Assembly: GCA_963816145.1 (NCBI GenBank)
Contig: CAWFJP010000017.1
Coordinates: 96,001-160,000, forward strand
Reading direction: 5' to 3'
From: an uncultured delta proteobacterium
GTDB lineage: Bacteria; Desulfobacterota; Binatia; UBA9968
DNA: 64,000 nt
Below the pieces are notes generated by a model. The model saw nothing but the letters and a program-made list of their open reading frames with translations, was not told the DNA's origin and did no database searches. A program made the translations under genes and the position numbers. Positions 18,154-27,925 of this stretch are shown here, one piece after another. Within the stretch, counting starts at the first letter, position 1, and the number at the start of each line of letters is the position of its first letter.

Positions 18154-18636
18154 ATGTCAGAAAAATCAAAGCCAGTGGCCGTGACCGCAGCCGAGGCGCC
18201 GGCGCGAACTAAGCCATCTGTCTATCCTGAGCCTTTCGCGTCGCGCATGGTGGGCAGAGAGAAGCGCCCCCTCGGCGATCTCTTTGGCCTGACAAACTTT
18301 GGCGTCAACCTCACGCGCTTGGCTCCTAACGCAGCTTCGGCCCTTCGCCATGCTCACACCAAGCAAGACGAGTTTGTTTATATCCTCCAAGGCCGGCCAA
18401 CACTCCACACCGATGAAGGTCGAACCCGGCTCTCTCCTGGAATGTGCGCAGGTTTCAAGGCAGGCACAGGCAATGGTCACCGCTTGGTCAATGAAACCGC
18501 AGAAGAGGTTGTCTACCTCGAAGTCGGCGACCGAACGCCGGGGGACCAAGGAACCTATCCCGATGACGATCTCAAAGCCTTGCTCGTTGAGGGAAAGTGG
18601 AAGTTCGTCCACAGAGATGGCACGGCCTATGTGTGA
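18154..18636 (+). CDS. Cupin domain protein
   Basis: GLTNFGVN, RHAHTKQDEFVYIL, FKAGTGNGH, YPDDD. Confidence 0.88.
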   Translation: MSEKSKPVAVTAAEAPARTKPSVYPEPFASRMVGREKRPLGDLFGLTNFGVNLTRLAPNAASALRHAHTKQDEFVYILQGRPTLHTDEGRTRLSPGMCAGFKAGTGNGHRLVNETAEEVVYLEVGDRTPGDQGTYPDDDLKALLVEGKWKFVHRDGTAYV

Positions 18637-18660
18637 GGCAATTGCTCAACATCTACTGAA

Positions 18661-18747
18661 TTCTAATCCTGTGTTGGTGCGGCCGGACCGCCAGCACCGC
18701 GCTTTGGTAAAGGTTGTGCTGAACCGCCGCACAACGCCACGTTATGC
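18661..18747 (+). other. Integron attC site (R'' AAC mutated to AAT)
   Basis: R'' TTCTAAT, 5 nt, L'' GTTGGTGC ... L' GCACAAC, 5 nt, R' GTTATGC; L'' has one extra G relative to L'. Confidence 0.75.
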
Positions 18748-18768
18748 GTCACACGATGAGGCGACCTG

Positions 18769-19200
18769 ATGACGGTACCCGTGTGGATGCTGGTGGGATT
18801 CGCCGCTTGGACTATGCTGTTGTTGCTCGCCACGGTTGGGGTCTACCGTTGGAGTCGGATTCTGACGGGACGTGTGCCGATACGCAGCTTCCGCGCTGAT
18901 CAGGTTGAGGGAGCAGATTGGTATAAGCGCGCTATGCGGGCACACGCCAACTGCGTCGAAAACCTGCCGGTTTTTGGCGCCATTGTTTTCGGCCTGTACG
19001 TCGGCAACGTGACCAGCGCCTTTGTCGATGCGCTGGCAGTCGCGGTGCTAGTTGCCCGCATCATGCAATCGCTGGTGCACGTATGTTTCGTTCAGACCAA
19101 CTCCGTGACATCCGTACGCTTCGGGTTTTTTTTCGTGCAGATCGTCAGCTTTCTGTGGTTGACTGGGATCCTGCTGACCCAAATGAGTGGAAGCGCATAA
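18769..19200 (+). CDS. MAPEG family membrane protein (gene-cassette ORF)
   Basis: RAMRAHANCVENLPVF motif; four hydrophobic segments. Confidence 0.88.
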   Translation: MTVPVWMLVGFAAWTMLLLLATVGVYRWSRILTGRVPIRSFRADQVEGADWYKRAMRAHANCVENLPVFGAIVFGLYVGNVTSAFVDALAVAVLVARIMQSLVHVCFVQTNSVTSVRFGFFFVQIVSFLWLTGILLTQMSGSA

Positions 19201-19230
19201 CAACCGGTTCCAGCGGGCCGTGATGGATAT
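19195..19230 (+). other. Truncated attC (left half only)
   Basis: GCATAAC overlaps the MAPEG stop and is the exact complement of the upstream R' GTTATGC; followed by AACCG GTTCCAGCGG; no right half found. Confidence 0.65.
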
Positions 19231-20335
19231 GGATAAACTATTCGGCAACATTATTTTCCGCCAGCTGTTCGACGCGACGTCGTCGACCTATACCTACGTG
19301 GTGGGCGACCCGCAAAGTCTGCAGGCCGTAATCATCGACACAGTCTTCGAGCAGCACTTCCGCGATCGCGCGCTGCTGGAGGAACTCGGCTTGAAGCTGC
19401 TCGCAGTACTCGACACGCACTGTCACGCCGACCATGTGACCGGCGCGTGGTTGATGCAACAGGCGACCGGCTGCCGGATCGGCATTTCGAAGCGCTACGG
19501 GGCCGCCGTGCAGGGGGCGGACCTGCGATTCGATCATGGCGATCGGGTGGCCTTCGGGGAACGCTATTTGGAAGTGCGCGCGACGCCCGGCCACACCGAC
19601 GGCTGCGTCACCTACGTGACCGATGACCACCACATGGCGTTCACCGGCGACTGTCTGCTGATCCGCGGCGCTGGCCGCTGCGATTTCCAGCAGGGCAACG
19701 CCGGCACACTCTACCGCTCGATCACCGAGCAGATCTTCAGTCTGCCGGACGACTCGCTGATTTTTCCCGGCCACGACTACAGTGGCCGCACTATGTCTTC
19801 GGTGGGCGAGGAGCGAGCGCACAATCCGCGCATCGGCGGCGCTGCCGATGAGCGCGACTTTGTCGGCTTCATGGAAAACCTCAACCTGCCGCATCCCAAG
19901 CAGATTGACGTCGCCGTGCCGGCCAATCTGCGCTGCGGCAAGCCGGAGAATGAAACAGTGCCACGACCGGCCGACTGGGGGCCGGTGCGGCGGAGCTACG
20001 CGGGGCTGCTCGAGATCGACCCGGAGTGGGTCGCCGAGCATATCACGGAAGTCCATGTGCTCGACGTGCGCCAACCCGAAGAACTGGCGGACAAGCTGGG
20101 CCGCATCGCCACGGCTCAATGTGTCCCGTTAAACCAACTGAGAGACCGCCTGGCGGAAATTCCCAAGGACAGGCCGGTGATTCCGGTGTGCCACGCAGGG
20201 ATGCGTTCCGGCCAGGCCACGGTCATCCTTCGCGATGCCGGGTTTCCTCGGGTAGCCAACCTGCATGGCGGCATGCTTTTGTGGCAGCAGATGGGGCTGC
20301 CGGTAGTGCGTAGCACAGGTCCTTTATCTGAGTAG
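19223..20335 (+). CDS. Persulfide dioxygenase (ETHE1-like MBL fold)-rhodanese fusion
   Basis: IFRQLFD, THCHADH, TPGHTDG, IRGAGRCDFQ, FPGHDY; C-terminal rhodanese loop VCHAGMRS; start uncertain. Confidence 0.9.
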   Translation: MDMDKLFGNIIFRQLFDATSSTYTYVVGDPQSLQAVIIDTVFEQHFRDRALLEELGLKLLAVLDTHCHADHVTGAWLMQQATGCRIGISKRYGAAVQGADLRFDHGDRVAFGERYLEVRATPGHTDGCVTYVTDDHHMAFTGDCLLIRGAGRCDFQQGNAGTLYRSITEQIFSLPDDSLIFPGHDYSGRTMSSVGEERAHNPRIGGAADERDFVGFMENLNLPHPKQIDVAVPANLRCGKPENETVPRPADWGPVRRSYAGLLEIDPEWVAEHITEVHVLDVRQPEELADKLGRIATAQCVPLNQLRDRLAEIPKDRPVIPVCHAGMRSGQATVILRDAGFPRVANLHGGMLLWQQMGLPVVRSTGPLSE

Positions 20336-20337
20336 AG

Positions 20338-20398
20338 AAATCTATCGGAAGTCTTTTCTTTTTTTGCGCCGGAAGTAAAAAGAGTTCCCCGTTCTTTT
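20338..20398. repeat. Family B-like imperfect palindrome between convergent genes
   Basis: AAATCTATCGGAAGTCTTTTC...AAAAAGAGTTCCCCGTTCTTTT; could also act as a terminator. Confidence 0.45.
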
Positions 20399-21391
20399 CT
20401 AGCGGCGCAGGTTCGCCGATTTCAGCACTTGCGGATTTACGACGTCAATCGGAGTACCGGCAGCATAAGCGACGATCTGGTCGAAAATGTCCGAAAATTG
20501 GACCTCGTACTCTTCTCGTGTGACATAGCCGATATGCGGCGTGCACACCACGTTATCCATAGCGAACAGTGGATAACTAAGGTCGAGAACCGGCTCCTGT
20601 TCATAGACATCGATGGCGGCCAAAGCGGGCCGACCGGCTTTGAGAGCGGCAATCAACGCGCCGGGCTGGATCAGACCAGCGCGACTGGTATTGACCAACA
20701 AAGCGGTCGATTTCATGCAGGCAAGGTCCTGGTCCGTCACGATGCCGCGGGTTGCTTCGACCAGTCGCATGTGGAGCGAGAGCACGTCACACTCCGAAAA
20801 GAACTGCTCCTTGCTGCGCGCCGCCGCGTACCCGTCGCTGCGCGCCCGGTTGAGCGAAACCTCCCGCCCCCAAACCAGGATATTCATCCCGAAAGCTTTG
20901 CCGTAACCCGCGACGACGCTGCCGATCCTACCGTACCCGTAAATTCCGAGGGTTTTGTCGCGCAGCCCATTGCCGACGCCAATCTGCCACTTTCCCGCCT
21001 TGAGCGCCGACATCTGTTGCGGCACCTGGCGCATCGCCGCAAGTACCAACGCCCATGTAAGTTCCGCCGCGGCATAAGACGGCGTACCGGCGTGCTGACT
21101 CGACGAAACAACCACTCCCAATTGCGTGCAGGCATCGACATCGATGTGCGGGTAGACGCTGCGTTGGCTTATCAGCCGGAGTTTGTCCAGTCGTTGAAGC
21201 AGCTCCTGGCGGATCGCGGTGCGCTCACGTATCAGTACCAGCACCTCGGTGTCCTGCAATCGTTCGGCAAGCGCGTCTACTTCCTGGACGTGGTCATTCC
21301 AAATTCTGATCTCGTGACCCTCCAGCTTCTTGTAGCATTCGAGCGTGCGGAGAGTGTCGTGATAATCGTCAAGAATGGAAATCTTCATCAT
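20399..21391 (-). CDS. D-2-hydroxyacid dehydrogenase family protein
   Basis: [37 protein letters not shown]. Confidence 0.92.
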   Translation of the reverse strand: MMKISILDDYHDTLRTLECYKKLEGHEIRIWNDHVQEVDALAERLQDTEVLVLIRERTAIRQELLQRLDKLRLISQRSVYPHIDVDACTQLGVVVSSSQHAGTPSYAAAELTWALVLAAMRQVPQQMSALKAGKWQIGVGNGLRDKTLGIYGYGRIGSVVAGYGKAFGMNILVWGREVSLNRARSDGYAAARSKEQFFSECDVLSLHMRLVEATRGIVTDQDLACMKSTALLVNTSRAGLIQPGALIAALKAGRPALAAIDVYEQEPVLDLSYPLFAMDNVVCTPHIGYVTREEYEVQFSDIFDQIVAYAAGTPIDVVNPQVLKSANLRR

Positions 21392-21509
21392 GCGCTCCAG
21401 AAGGGCCAATGGACGTTAGTTTTGGGGCAGCCAAATCGTAAGCCGGTAACGTCCGAGCGCATTGGACCCCCTAGACTAACCGCATCCCTACACCATCACC
21501 TTTACACTT

Positions 21510-22643
21510 TTAGAGTCCGTAAAAGCGCGCTGTGTTATCGACGAGCAGCTTTCGCTTGCTCTCCTCGCTGATATCGTCTCGTTTGAGGAAGACATCGACG
21601 GCGCCGTAGAGGCGGTCCCCGTGCGGGATATCGGAACCGTAAACCCAACACTGGTCGCCGAACTCTTCGATAGCGAACGGCAGTAGTTTCTCATCGACCT
21701 CGAAGCCGAAGTAAATCTGTCCGCGCTCGATATATTCTTTGGGCCAATGCTTGCCGGTGTAACCCCTGTGAAAATCAACTCCGGCGCGCGCGCCGGGGAA
21801 ACCGCTATATTCTTCGATTCGCTCGACCAAAGCGGGCACCCACGAGCAACCGGCTTCGAGAAACGCAATCCGCAAGTTCGGGTAGCGATCGGCGATCCCT
21901 TTGGAGATCACACGGTGAAATGCGAACTGCACGGTCAGCCAAAACGATATCGCCGTCTTATCATGGTGCGTGTCGTTGACCTGGCCGAGCGCGCGAAAAC
22001 TGTGGCCGGTATGGACCGCCACCGGAAGCCCGGTGTCGTTGGCCGCGGCCCAAATCGGCTCCATGGGCGGGTCGTCGATGCGCACGTCTCCGGTGACGCC
22101 GAGAAGCATCACACCTACAGCTCCCAGCTTCTTGCCGCGCTCGATTTCACGAACCGATGCCTGCGGATCGATGGGATCGATAACCGTGACCCACTTGAGG
22201 CGTTCGGGGCATTGGCTGGTCAGGTCGGCGACCCAGCTGTTGTAGGCGCACATCATCGCCACGGCCAATTCCCGATCGTAGGTGATCGGGTAGGAGAGAA
22301 ACATCGTCGGATAGATCACTTGAAGCGCGGTGTTCTCGCGGTCCAATTGTTCTAGGCGCGCTTTGACCGAGCGCATTTCCGCGCTTTCGACCGGGTCATG
22401 GGGACTGATTCCCGGCGTAACCTTCGCCGCGACGCCGTTCCTGCTGAGCGGAAAGCCGGCTTGCTGATAGGGCCCGCTGCGCACCGGAAAAGAGCGGGTA
22501 TCGATCATCCAATACAGCGGGCCGTCCGGTCCGGTCTCTAGAATCGTCGGTCTGCGATCCTTCAATCTAGGATCCCAGTATTTGTCCGAGAACGTAACTT
22601 CGGATTCCGATACATGCCCGTCCGCGTCCCACGCCTTAATCAT
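21510..22643 (-). CDS. Amidohydrolase family protein (Amidohydro_2)
   Basis: DADGH, AYNSW, VAVH, FLEAGCSW, GSDIPH. Confidence 0.88.
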   Translation of the reverse strand: MIKAWDADGHVSESEVTFSDKYWDPRLKDRRPTILETGPDGPLYWMIDTRSFPVRSGPYQQAGFPLSRNGVAAKVTPGISPHDPVESAEMRSVKARLEQLDRENTALQVIYPTMFLSYPITYDRELAVAMMCAYNSWVADLTSQCPERLKWVTVIDPIDPQASVREIERGKKLGAVGVMLLGVTGDVRIDDPPMEPIWAAANDTGLPVAVHTGHSFRALGQVNDTHHDKTAISFWLTVQFAFHRVISKGIADRYPNLRIAFLEAGCSWVPALVERIEEYSGFPGARAGVDFHRGYTGKHWPKEYIERGQIYFGFEVDEKLLPFAIEEFGDQCWVYGSDIPHGDRLYGAVDVFLKRDDISEESKRKLLVDNTARFYGL

Positions 22644-22737
22644 GTGCACCTCTTTGTCCAAACTGAACTTATGGTTCCGTCGGGGTCAAGCGCGCATGGG
22701 TGAATTGGAACCCATTTTCGACGACGGATACCTTTTC

Positions 22738-23646
22738 CTACGCTTTTACCTTCGGCAGCACTTTCTCGCCAAACAAATCCAATTGCCGCGGATTTGGATC
22801 GGCGACGCCGATGATCAGAGTGTCGAGGCCTTTGCTGAGGAAGTATTGGATCTTCTCGACGCATTGATCGGCGCTGCCGACGATGGAGACCGGCTCGACG
22901 GCGGTTCTGATACGGCCGTAGTAGCGCATAGTGTAGTCCTCGACGATTTTCACCGCTTTGGCTTTGTCGTCGTTGATCGCCATGAAGGCGAGACTCGCTT
23001 TGGAAATCTCGTTGGGATTTCTCCCGGCGGCGGCGGCGTAGCTGGCGATCTTGTCCCAGGTGACGTGAAAGTCGGCAATGGCAGCGCTGCCGGAGATAAA
23101 TCCGTTGGCCCAGGTGCCGGCGCGTTTTAGCGCGGCTTCGGCGCTGCCGCCGGTCCACAGCGGCGGATGGGGCTTTTGAATCGGACGCGGCCCGACGCTC
23201 AGGTTTTCAACGTTAAAAAATCTTCCTTTGTGCGTGACGTTGTCTTCGGTCCACAGCCGTTTCATCAATTGCACTTGCTCGACCGCTCGAGTGCCGCGAT
23301 GTTCGTAGGGAATCTCGACGGCTTTGTAGTCGCTGTCACGGCTGCCGAAGCCTAGGCCGATGGTGACGCGGCCGTTGGAAATAAAGTCCAACGTCGAAAT
23401 AATCTTAGCGAGGTGCGCCGGATGGCGCGTGTTGCCGAGTAAGACCGAGGTGCCGAGTCGAATCTTCTGCGTTGCACCGGCGGCGGCGGCAAGTATGGTC
23501 AGCGGTTCAAGATTGTCATAGGCGATGCGGTCGATGGTCCACATCGAGTCGCAGCCCATGGCTTCACACTTTTTGGCGAAGTTGACGACGTTTTCCGGTT
23601 TGGTGAGCGGTGCAGGATTGACCCAGGCGAGTCCGATTTTGGCCAT
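22738..23646 (-). CDS. LLM-class flavin-dependent oxidoreductase
   Basis: TQKIRLGTSV, TLDFISNGR, PRPIQKPHPP, LKRAGTWANG. Confidence 0.9.
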   Translation of the reverse strand: MAKIGLAWVNPAPLTKPENVVNFAKKCEAMGCDSMWTIDRIAYDNLEPLTILAAAAGATQKIRLGTSVLLGNTRHPAHLAKIISTLDFISNGRVTIGLGFGSRDSDYKAVEIPYEHRGTRAVEQVQLMKRLWTEDNVTHKGRFFNVENLSVGPRPIQKPHPPLWTGGSAEAALKRAGTWANGFISGSAAIADFHVTWDKIASYAAAAGRNPNEISKASLAFMAINDDKAKAVKIVEDYTMRYYGRIRTAVEPVSIVGSADQCVEKIQYFLSKGLDTLIIGVADPNPRQLDLFGEKVLPKVKA

Positions 23647-23785
23647 AGTGTTGTCCTTTCAGATTGACCGTCGAGTCAAAATAGACCAGTCGATCGACCC
23701 TTTTCAAGGATGATCGTCTGCGATATACGACACAGCATAGAAAATAGAAATCGAATCCCGACGCAAACCTAGGAGGAACGAAGTT

Positions 23786-24217
23786 ATGGATGCTTTTACT
23801 TATAAGCTCAAGACGCCAAAGATCACCGGCGGGAGAAGCCACATTCCGCTCGCCGACACGGAATTAATGTCGGTCGGCATTAACTATTATGCCGTTGGCC
23901 GTCAAAACAAACTTCATGCCCATTTTGGCGAGGATCATACCTTCGTCGTATTGGACGGCCAGGCAACCTTCTACAACAAAGACCATCAGCCGACCGTGCT
24001 TAACAAAGGCGAGGCGATCATGTTGCCAGTGGGTTGCCTTTACTACTTTGGAAATTCCGGTGACAAGCCGTTGGCGCTGTTGCGGGTGAGTGCGCTCAAG
24101 GGCAAGCCAGAATTCACCCGTGTAGACGCTGAAGGTAACAAGAGAACTGAAGTGGAAGACAAGTACATCACGGTGGACGGCGAGCCGATCCCTGGGCAGT
24201 TCTGGGAACTGACGTGA
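23786..24217 (+). CDS. Cupin domain protein
   Basis: LHAHFGEDH cupin motif; AGGAGG RBS. Confidence 0.8.
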   Translation: MDAFTYKLKTPKITGGRSHIPLADTELMSVGINYYAVGRQNKLHAHFGEDHTFVVLDGQATFYNKDHQPTVLNKGEAIMLPVGCLYYFGNSGDKPLALLRVSALKGKPEFTRVDAEGNKRTEVEDKYITVDGEPIPGQFWELT

Positions 24218-24265
24218 TGGCTGTTAGAATCATCGGTTAACGGACAAGCGAAGGAGACTATCGAT

Positions 24266-24700
24266 ATGCAGGCGTCGACATTTAAGCTGAAAACCAATCT
24301 TCTCACCGGCGGCCGCAGCCACACGCCGCTTGCGAAATCCGGCGGCCTGACCATGGGACTTAACTTTTACTCACCGGGTCGAAAGAATAAGCTCCACACC
24401 CATCCCGGTGAGGATCACGCTTTTGTCGTCATCGAGGGGCAGGCGACGTTTTACGACAAGGACAATAAACCCACGGTGCTCAACAAGGGCGAAGGCATCA
24501 TGCTGCCCGACGGCTACTACTATTACTTCGAGAGCACCGGCACGGTACCGCTGGCGATCCTGCGCTCGAGCGCGGCGCGCAAAGACCGACCGGCGGTACT
24601 GCGCGTCGACGTCAAAGGCGACAAGCGCATGGAGGAGGAAGAAGGTTTCGCTGTAGCCGACGGCGAAGCGATCGAGGGGCAGTATTGGGAAATGAAATAG
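24266..24700 (+). CDS. Cupin domain protein (tandem paralog)
   Basis: LHTHPGEDH; collinear similarity to 23786-24217; AAGGAG RBS. Confidence 0.8.
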   Translation: MQASTFKLKTNLLTGGRSHTPLAKSGGLTMGLNFYSPGRKNKLHTHPGEDHAFVVIEGQATFYDKDNKPTVLNKGEGIMLPDGYYYYFESTGTVPLAILRSSAARKDRPAVLRVDVKGDKRMEEEEGFAVADGEAIEGQYWEMK

Positions 24701-24827
24701 ACGATTAGTTGCCCTGCGCACCGAAGCTGATCGAATTACATAGAAAAGATTACTTGCCGCACGAGCCGTCGCGCCGGAAGTCGACAACTGATACAACATC
24801 AATATTCACTGGAGTTTTAGGTGAGAG

Positions 24828-25976
24828 ATGAAAATTACCGACGTAAAAACCATTCGGCTGCGCGCGGCAATACCGACCGCAGGACAGGTGTTCAGCCGCT
24901 CCGGCGTGAGAAACACACGGTCGACGACGTTGATCAAAGTAGAAACCGATGACGCCATTTACGGTCTCGGCTCAGCTTCCGGCAATGGTGAACTGATTGA
25001 ATTCATTGTTGCACGCGTGCTGAAGCCGATGCTGGTCGGCATGGATCCGACCGAGATCGACGAGATTTGGGACACCGCATATGTCCGCGGCGGTCATAAA
25101 GAGTTCGGCACCCGCGGCATCGGCGTCGTGGCGCTGAGCGGTGTTGATGTCGCGCTGTGGGATATTCTCGGAAAGGTGCGCGGCGTACCGCTTTATCAAC
25201 TGCTAGGCGGCAAAGTGCGCGACAAAGTGCCGGTGTACGCCACCGCACTTTACCCGGAAGAACCGTCGAAGGTTGCCCGCAGGGCGCGCGACTTTGCCGA
25301 TCAAGGATTTCACGGCGTTAAAATCAAAGTAGGCTTCGATCTCGATCAAGATATCCGTATCGTCCGTGCGGTGCGCCAAGAACTTGGCAAAGATTTCATT
25401 GTCATGACCGATGCCAATCAAGGCTACAGCATCGATGTCGGTATTAAAGCAGCGCAAGCGTTCGCCGATGCCGGAGCATTTTGGTTGGAGGAACCGCTCT
25501 TTGTCGAAGATATTGCCGGACACTCGATTCTGCGCGAACGCGGCAATACGCCCATCGCCGTCGGCGAGAATCTGCATATGACTTATGCCTTTGAGAATTT
25601 TATCCTGCGCGGTGCGGTGGATTTCATCCAACCGGATGTCGCGCGAGCCGGCGGCATCACCGAAATTTGCAAAATCACTGCGCTAGCGGCAAAGCACCAC
25701 GTGCCGGTGTCGTTTCACACCTGGGGCGATGCCGTGGCGCTGGCGGCGAGCGTGCATCTTTCCGCGGCGTTGCAGGACTGCATCGTCATGGAGCTCGACT
25801 ATACTTACAATCCGCTGCGCGATGAGCTGCTCAAGGAGCCGGTGAAATTCGACAAGGGCTTTCTCATCCCGCCCGACAAGCCGGGCTTGGGCATCGACCT
25901 CGATCCGACGGCGGTGCAAAAATTTGCCTTTGCCGGTGGTGAGGATCTGACCATCCGGCAAAAGACGTTGCACTGA
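24828..25976 (+). CDS. Mandelate racemase-subgroup enolase superfamily enzyme
   Basis: DVALWDILGK, KIK, DAN, EEP, GEN, QPD and catalytic-region His. Confidence 0.9.
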   Translation: MKITDVKTIRLRAAIPTAGQVFSRSGVRNTRSTTLIKVETDDAIYGLGSASGNGELIEFIVARVLKPMLVGMDPTEIDEIWDTAYVRGGHKEFGTRGIGVVALSGVDVALWDILGKVRGVPLYQLLGGKVRDKVPVYATALYPEEPSKVARRARDFADQGFHGVKIKVGFDLDQDIRIVRAVRQELGKDFIVMTDANQGYSIDVGIKAAQAFADAGAFWLEEPLFVEDIAGHSILRERGNTPIAVGENLHMTYAFENFILRGAVDFIQPDVARAGGITEICKITALAAKHHVPVSFHTWGDAVALAASVHLSAALQDCIVMELDYTYNPLRDELLKEPVKFDKGFLIPPDKPGLGIDLDPTAVQKFAFAGGEDLTIRQKTLH

Positions 25977-26196
25977 TAAGCGGTGGCGCCTGCAATTCTG
26001 ACAGCGGCGTAGCTTTTTCGCCGCACACTTCTGTTCTGTAGTTGAAACCTCCTCCCGGATGCAGGCTGCGTGAAACGCAGTCTGCTGGTTATATTGGTAT
26101 TTTTTCGCATTATCACGCCCAATTCTGTCGACGCTTCGGTGGCATGCGACTTGCCCTCTTCAAGGCGATGTTTATCTGTAGCCCGAGGAGGGAAAC

Positions 26197-27846
26197 ATGA
26201 TCGCAACAGCTCGCCGGCAGTTGTCACTTTGCGGCCGTCCGGTTATCGCAACTCTGATTCTCATCGTATTTCTTCTTGGTAACCTGTCCCCGGCTCTGGC
26301 GATGAACGCTACGCGCGGCGGTTCGCTGCCCCAGCCGCTGCCGTTGTTTCCAGCCGACAACTGGTGGAATCTCGATATCAGCAGTTGGCCGGTGGATTCT
26401 AACTCGGCAAATTACATTTCATTCATCAATAATGGGGGAACGCGCAAGCTGCATCCAGACTTCGGTGGCGATTGCGGAACGAATTGCATCTATGGCATGC
26501 CCTACGCAGTGGTGACCAATGTTACCAGCACGGATCTGAAGCCGGTGCAATTTCAATATTGGGATGAGAGCGATGGCGTGAATCTTTCCACCGGAGCGAG
26601 CATACCGTTTTATCCGATTCCACCAGAAGCGGCGACGCAAGATCGATGGATTGAGGGTGGCGCGCCGGGAAACGTCGATCTACGCAGCAGTGAGGATCGG
26701 CATCTGCTGATCGTCGACAAAGATCGCAATCACCTCTACGAGTTGTACAATCTCTTCTACAACACGACCCAGTCACAATGGTACGCCGGCTCCGGGGCGT
26801 TTTTCGATATGAATACCAACAACCGAAGGCCCGATGGTTGGACCTCGGCGGATGCTGCAGGTTTGGCGATTCTCCCTGGACTGGTCCGTTACGACGAAGC
26901 CTACGATCCGACGATAACCGAGATTAAGCATGCTCTGCGGGTCACCGTGCGGGCGACCAATGGTTACGTCTATCCGGCATCCCATCGCGCCGGCTCCACT
27001 GCCGGTGCGTTGCCCATGGGCGCTCGCTTGCGGTTGAAGAACACCGTCGATGTCGCGCAGCGCACCAACGATCCTAACGTGCAGAGAATCTTTCGCGCCA
27101 TGCAGCGTTACGGTTTGATCGTCGCGGACAACGGTTCGGACATGTATATCACAGGAACCTACGATACTCGCTGGAGCAATGACATTCTGAACCCGGCATT
27201 CGCTAACCTGACCGCTAGCGATTTCGAAGTCATCCAACTCGGTTTCAATCCGGCGCTCACAGTTGGCGCTCTTTCTACAGTAACGGTCACGCCTTCGTCT
27301 GTGACTGGCGGAGCCTCGATGACAGGAACGGTTACGCTAACCGGTGCGGCGGCGGCGGGCGGTATCGCCGTAAACCTAGCTAGCAGCATCGCAGCTGCCC
27401 AAGTACCGGCATCGATTACGATTCCAGCAAGTGCGAGCTCGGCGAATTTTACGGTAACAACTTCGTCGGTCAGCACCCTTACCGCGGGAAATATTTCCGC
27501 AAGCTACAACTCCGTGACAAAGTCGGCAGCGATAAGTGTACTACCGCCGGCATCGGCGAGTCTGGCTTCCTTAGCGCTCAATCCGACCACAGTCACCGGC
27601 GGCGCCTCTTCGACCGGGACAGTAACGCTCACTGCACCGGCGCCTTCCGGGGGCGTCGTTGTAAACTTATCGAGCAGCAATCCGAACCGTGCACCGGTGC
27701 CGCCCAATGTGACGATTCCTTATGGTAGCTCAACCGCTAATTTTACGATCACGACAACCAAAGGGAGCCGGAAAATTACCGCAAAAATCACGGCAAAGCA
27801 GGGTGGCGTTATCAAGACCGCAACTCTGACGATTAACCGCCGCTAA
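26197..27846 (+). CDS. Secreted protein with two C-terminal Ig-like beta repeats
   Basis: Signal peptide; FPADNWWN, DRH, SADAAGL, ADNGS; repeats VTGGASxTGTVTLT...VPxxxTIP...ANFTxTT. Confidence 0.75.
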   Translation: MIATARRQLSLCGRPVIATLILIVFLLGNLSPALAMNATRGGSLPQPLPLFPADNWWNLDISSWPVDSNSANYISFINNGGTRKLHPDFGGDCGTNCIYGMPYAVVTNVTSTDLKPVQFQYWDESDGVNLSTGASIPFYPIPPEAATQDRWIEGGAPGNVDLRSSEDRHLLIVDKDRNHLYELYNLFYNTTQSQWYAGSGAFFDMNTNNRRPDGWTSADAAGLAILPGLVRYDEAYDPTITEIKHALRVTVRATNGYVYPASHRAGSTAGALPMGARLRLKNTVDVAQRTNDPNVQRIFRAMQRYGLIVADNGSDMYITGTYDTRWSNDILNPAFANLTASDFEVIQLGFNPALTVGALSTVTVTPSSVTGGASMTGTVTLTGAAAAGGIAVNLASSIAAAQVPASITIPASASSANFTVTTSSVSTLTAGNISASYNSVTKSAAISVLPPASASLASLALNPTTVTGGASSTGTVTLTAPAPSGGVVVNLSSSNPNRAPVPPNVTIPYGSSTANFTITTTKGSRKITAKITAKQGGVIKTATLTINRR

Positions 27847-27925
27847 CCAAGACGACTCTCGCGCCGTCTCACCTGTCTCTGTTCAGTAAACTGTGACGAC
27901 AGCGGACACCGCGCTGACGACGTTA

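Noticed and set aside
16808-18184. 458-aa ORF as an intact transposase
   Set aside because: It begins inside a family A repeat, the first ~70 and last ~55 residues look unrelated to IS1380, and no IS ends were found.
20429-21571. 380-aa antisense ORF (also 60960-61985 and 19238-20119)
   Set aside because: They mirror well-supported genes on the opposite strand, as expected from GC-rich codon bias.
26071-26095. GCAGGCTGCG-TGAAA-CGCAGTCTGC hairpin as a riboswitch
   Set aside because: Isolated stem with no recognisable aptamer context.
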